DNA from: Marsupella aquatica
Lineage: Eukaryota; Plantae; Marchantiophyta
DNA length: 64,000 nt
Assembly: GCA_973895155.1 (NCBI GenBank)
Contig: OZ316898.1
Location: 20,657,292 to 20,721,291, forward strand
Direction: 5' to 3'
Shown: piece after piece, positions 61,701-64,000 of the stretch
Numbering within the stretch: the first letter of the stretch is position 1
Layout: each line of letters starts with the position of its first letter
The notes under the pieces: generated by a model
Database searches by the model: none
Told to the model about the DNA's origin: nothing
What the model saw: the letters and a program-made list of their open reading frames with translations, nothing else
Program-made: the position numbers and the translations under genes

Positions 61701-64000
61701 GCAAGTTGATGCTAAGGCAAGCGTTGTCACTGGAGTCTTTGACATGAGCAAACGGCCGGGGCAGGAGGATTCTCAGAACCTGGAGTACGTTAATGGTGAT
61801 TTTGACGGGACCCAAGATCCTATTGTCGAGCAAGTTGATGCTATGGCAAGTCAAGATGTTGTCAATGGGGTCTTTGAGATGAGCAAAAGCCAGGGGCAGG
61901 AGGATTCTCAGAGCCTGGAGTACGTTGATGGTAATTTTGACGGGACCCAAGATCCTATTGTCGAGCAAGTTGATGCTAAGGCAAGTCAAGAAGGTGTTGT
62001 CAGTGGAGTCTTTGACATGGGCAAACGGCAGGGGCAGGAGGATTCTCAGAGCCTGGAGTACGTTGATGGTGATTTTGTAGCCCTAATAGATGACACTGGC
62101 GATAAAGCAGGCTATAACGAAGGCAACCACCACTTGCTGGAAGACTTGCAAAGTCCAAAATACTCCAAGCCTGAGTCTGTGAAGCAGTTAATTCACCTTT
62201 CGCCTGCGAAAGAGGATGTGGGGTTTCTACGGAAAGATTTTTCTTTCCTAAAGTCCTCTTCGGACGAGGCTCACAAAGAAGACATTCATCTTTTTCATAA
62301 GCAACAAAATGAGTTTGATGCTCGGTGTATGGAAAATCAACAATCGTCCTATGCAAGTGCCGATGCCGATAATTGCGAGCCCCAGTCTGTTCAATTTGAT
62401 GAGAAACATCCTGAGGTGCTAGACCTCTCTCCTAACTCTGAAGATATCCGTGAGGTGCCGCCACCGAAGCCTGAGTTTCGAAGTGCGAGTACTTTGTGTG
62501 CTGCATTGGAAGAACAGATCGCAGGGCTCATTCAGAAGATTGACAGTGCAATTGAGGAGTCCAGCAAGCCTTTCAGTGCCAGTCCCCAGGAAAGCTTGTT
62601 ACTCAAGGACAAACGCTCAATACTTGAAACACAGCAAGACGAGTGTACGGGATCTGTGAGATCAAGTCAGGAGGAAGATTTGATAGACATGCTTTGGGCA
62701 GAAGATGGAGAAACCAGCTCTCCAGAAGAATCAAGGGACCAAGACTTTTTGAATAGTAAAGATTGCAGCCAGAGGGAAACGAATGGTGTTGTAAGAAGTT
62801 GTAGGTTGAGTGACAGGGGCCTGCCTACATCCGTCCTGGGTCAGACAAGCGATGGATATGATGCCGTGGTCAGGACTTCACGAAGTGATTTGGGAATTGA
62901 GAAGCGGATGTTGGAGGGGTCATCCAAGAGAAGTGCCGTGCTACCTGTGGAACAGCTGGATGATCTTGTGCACCTGCATAGTCGAGAGCCAATGAAGAGC
63001 CCACTGAAAATTCCAGTGAAGAGCCCAATGAAGAGCCCAGTGAAGAACCCATTTCTATGGAGCAGAGAAATGAATGCCCACGAGTCACGTCCCGAAGCCC
63101 ATTTCTATTTGGACGCACATTCAAAAACTGACAAATCCAGTGGCCAGGCGAACCCTGATGGAGAGCTCCGGACTGCGCCTTCTGGACGGGAGCATGGTAG
63201 GGATACTCTGGAGGAGTCCAGCAGCAATCATGATGTTGTAGAAAGGACGACAGATTCTCAATTGCTTGCTGCTCTATACAAAGGTTGTGAGCGAAGTTGC
63301 GGTGACTCGGACACTGTGAAAAATTCTTCTGCAATTTTGGTCTCCCCAAAAGTTGAAGCTGGACCAGTTGCGAATGAAGTCTCCGTTCCAAAAGAAACTC
63401 TTGACACAGATGCTACACATTTAGAGGAACGAACTCGAGAAGCCGGAGAGAGTTTAGAATCTGCCAAGAGAGCTCTTCCCTTCGAAGATATGGCTCTGCA
63501 GGACGCTCCTCGTGAGGCAGACATGAGCAACGTCATGTCAAATGGAAATAGCTTGACTCTTGAGGCAAGTGACCAAGCTATTCAGGAACAGGCACACAAC
63601 AGGGACAGGGATGAATCCCCCATCCTTCTGACGTTGACTCGTTCCGAAGTAACTTCACAAGTCCTGAATGAAGTTCCAAATGAGGAGTGGTTGCACAGAA
63701 AGAGCATGCTTCCAAAGGAAGCTTCCAGTGGACCAGTTCGGTCTATGGATCATGTAACAGAGGAACCTCTGGTGGAACTCAAAGAGGAGCCACAAAGCTT
63801 CAAGGAGCCGGAAGGAGAAGTGATGGAGCGCAGTCCAAGTTCCACTCTGTCCTCTGAGCTCTTAGACCCAAAGCTGGAAAAGGAAGATGCTAGTAGCGAC
63901 AATGACAATTTGTTGCGCCATGCTGATATTGGATGTGCGCAAATGTCTGAGGAAGTAGATGTTCATCCGTTGCGGCTGTCTTCTCAAAATGAGTTGTCCC
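55786..64000 (+). CDS. BPP-family (basic proline-rich, microtubule-associated) protein with a very long acidic C-terminal region; 3' end lies outside the window
   Basis: Exons 55786-55954, 56537-56624, 56800-56929, 57515-58510 and 58789 to beyond 64000, with consistent phases. Family motifs HRRGRS...KDEDLALFHEMKRRE, ESDKNDYDWLLTPPGTPLFPSLD, RPSTP repeats, PPNLRTTMPERS and SSMTTSSNASSE are present. I saw no stop in the many segments of the last exon that I translated. The ORF track lists no closed ORF in that frame. Confidence 0.9.
56026..56087. repeat. Imperfect (CT)n microsatellite in BPP intron 1
   Basis: ctctctctctcgctctcacactctctctctctgtgtctctctcgctctctctgtgtctctct. Confidence 0.85.

Noticed and set aside
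57424-63536. Long minus-strand ORFs opposite the BPP gene
   Set aside because: These are antisense shadows of the repetitive plus-strand coding exons, with no independent motifs.

Overview
Nuclear DNA of a land plant, probably a non-seed plant or bryophyte (inference from GT-AG introns, TTTAGGG repeats and plant-type orthologues). It holds three recognisable intron-containing genes: RACK1 (minus strand, 3 exons, 316 aa), ATG14 (plus, 12 exons) and a BPP-family (basic proline-rich, microtubule-associated) gene whose fifth exon stays open for more than 5.2 kb to the window end. There is also an orphan intronless ORF joining a hydrophobic N-terminus, three 21-aa repeats and a C-terminal RNase H1 hybrid-binding (Cauli_VI) domain, with no catalytic RNase H domain. 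The remainder is a mosaic of repeats and transposon remnants: a near-perfect 466-bp tandem array, a truncated retrotransposon gag with a GC-rich leader full of palindromic sites and covarying hairpins, one isolated and inactivated Rad5/Rad16-like SNF2 exon, an interstitial telomeric tract, and Tourist-like, hAT-like and foldback MITEs. I found no CRISPR array, rRNA or tRNA. Exon boundaries were derived by hand and no databases were searched.
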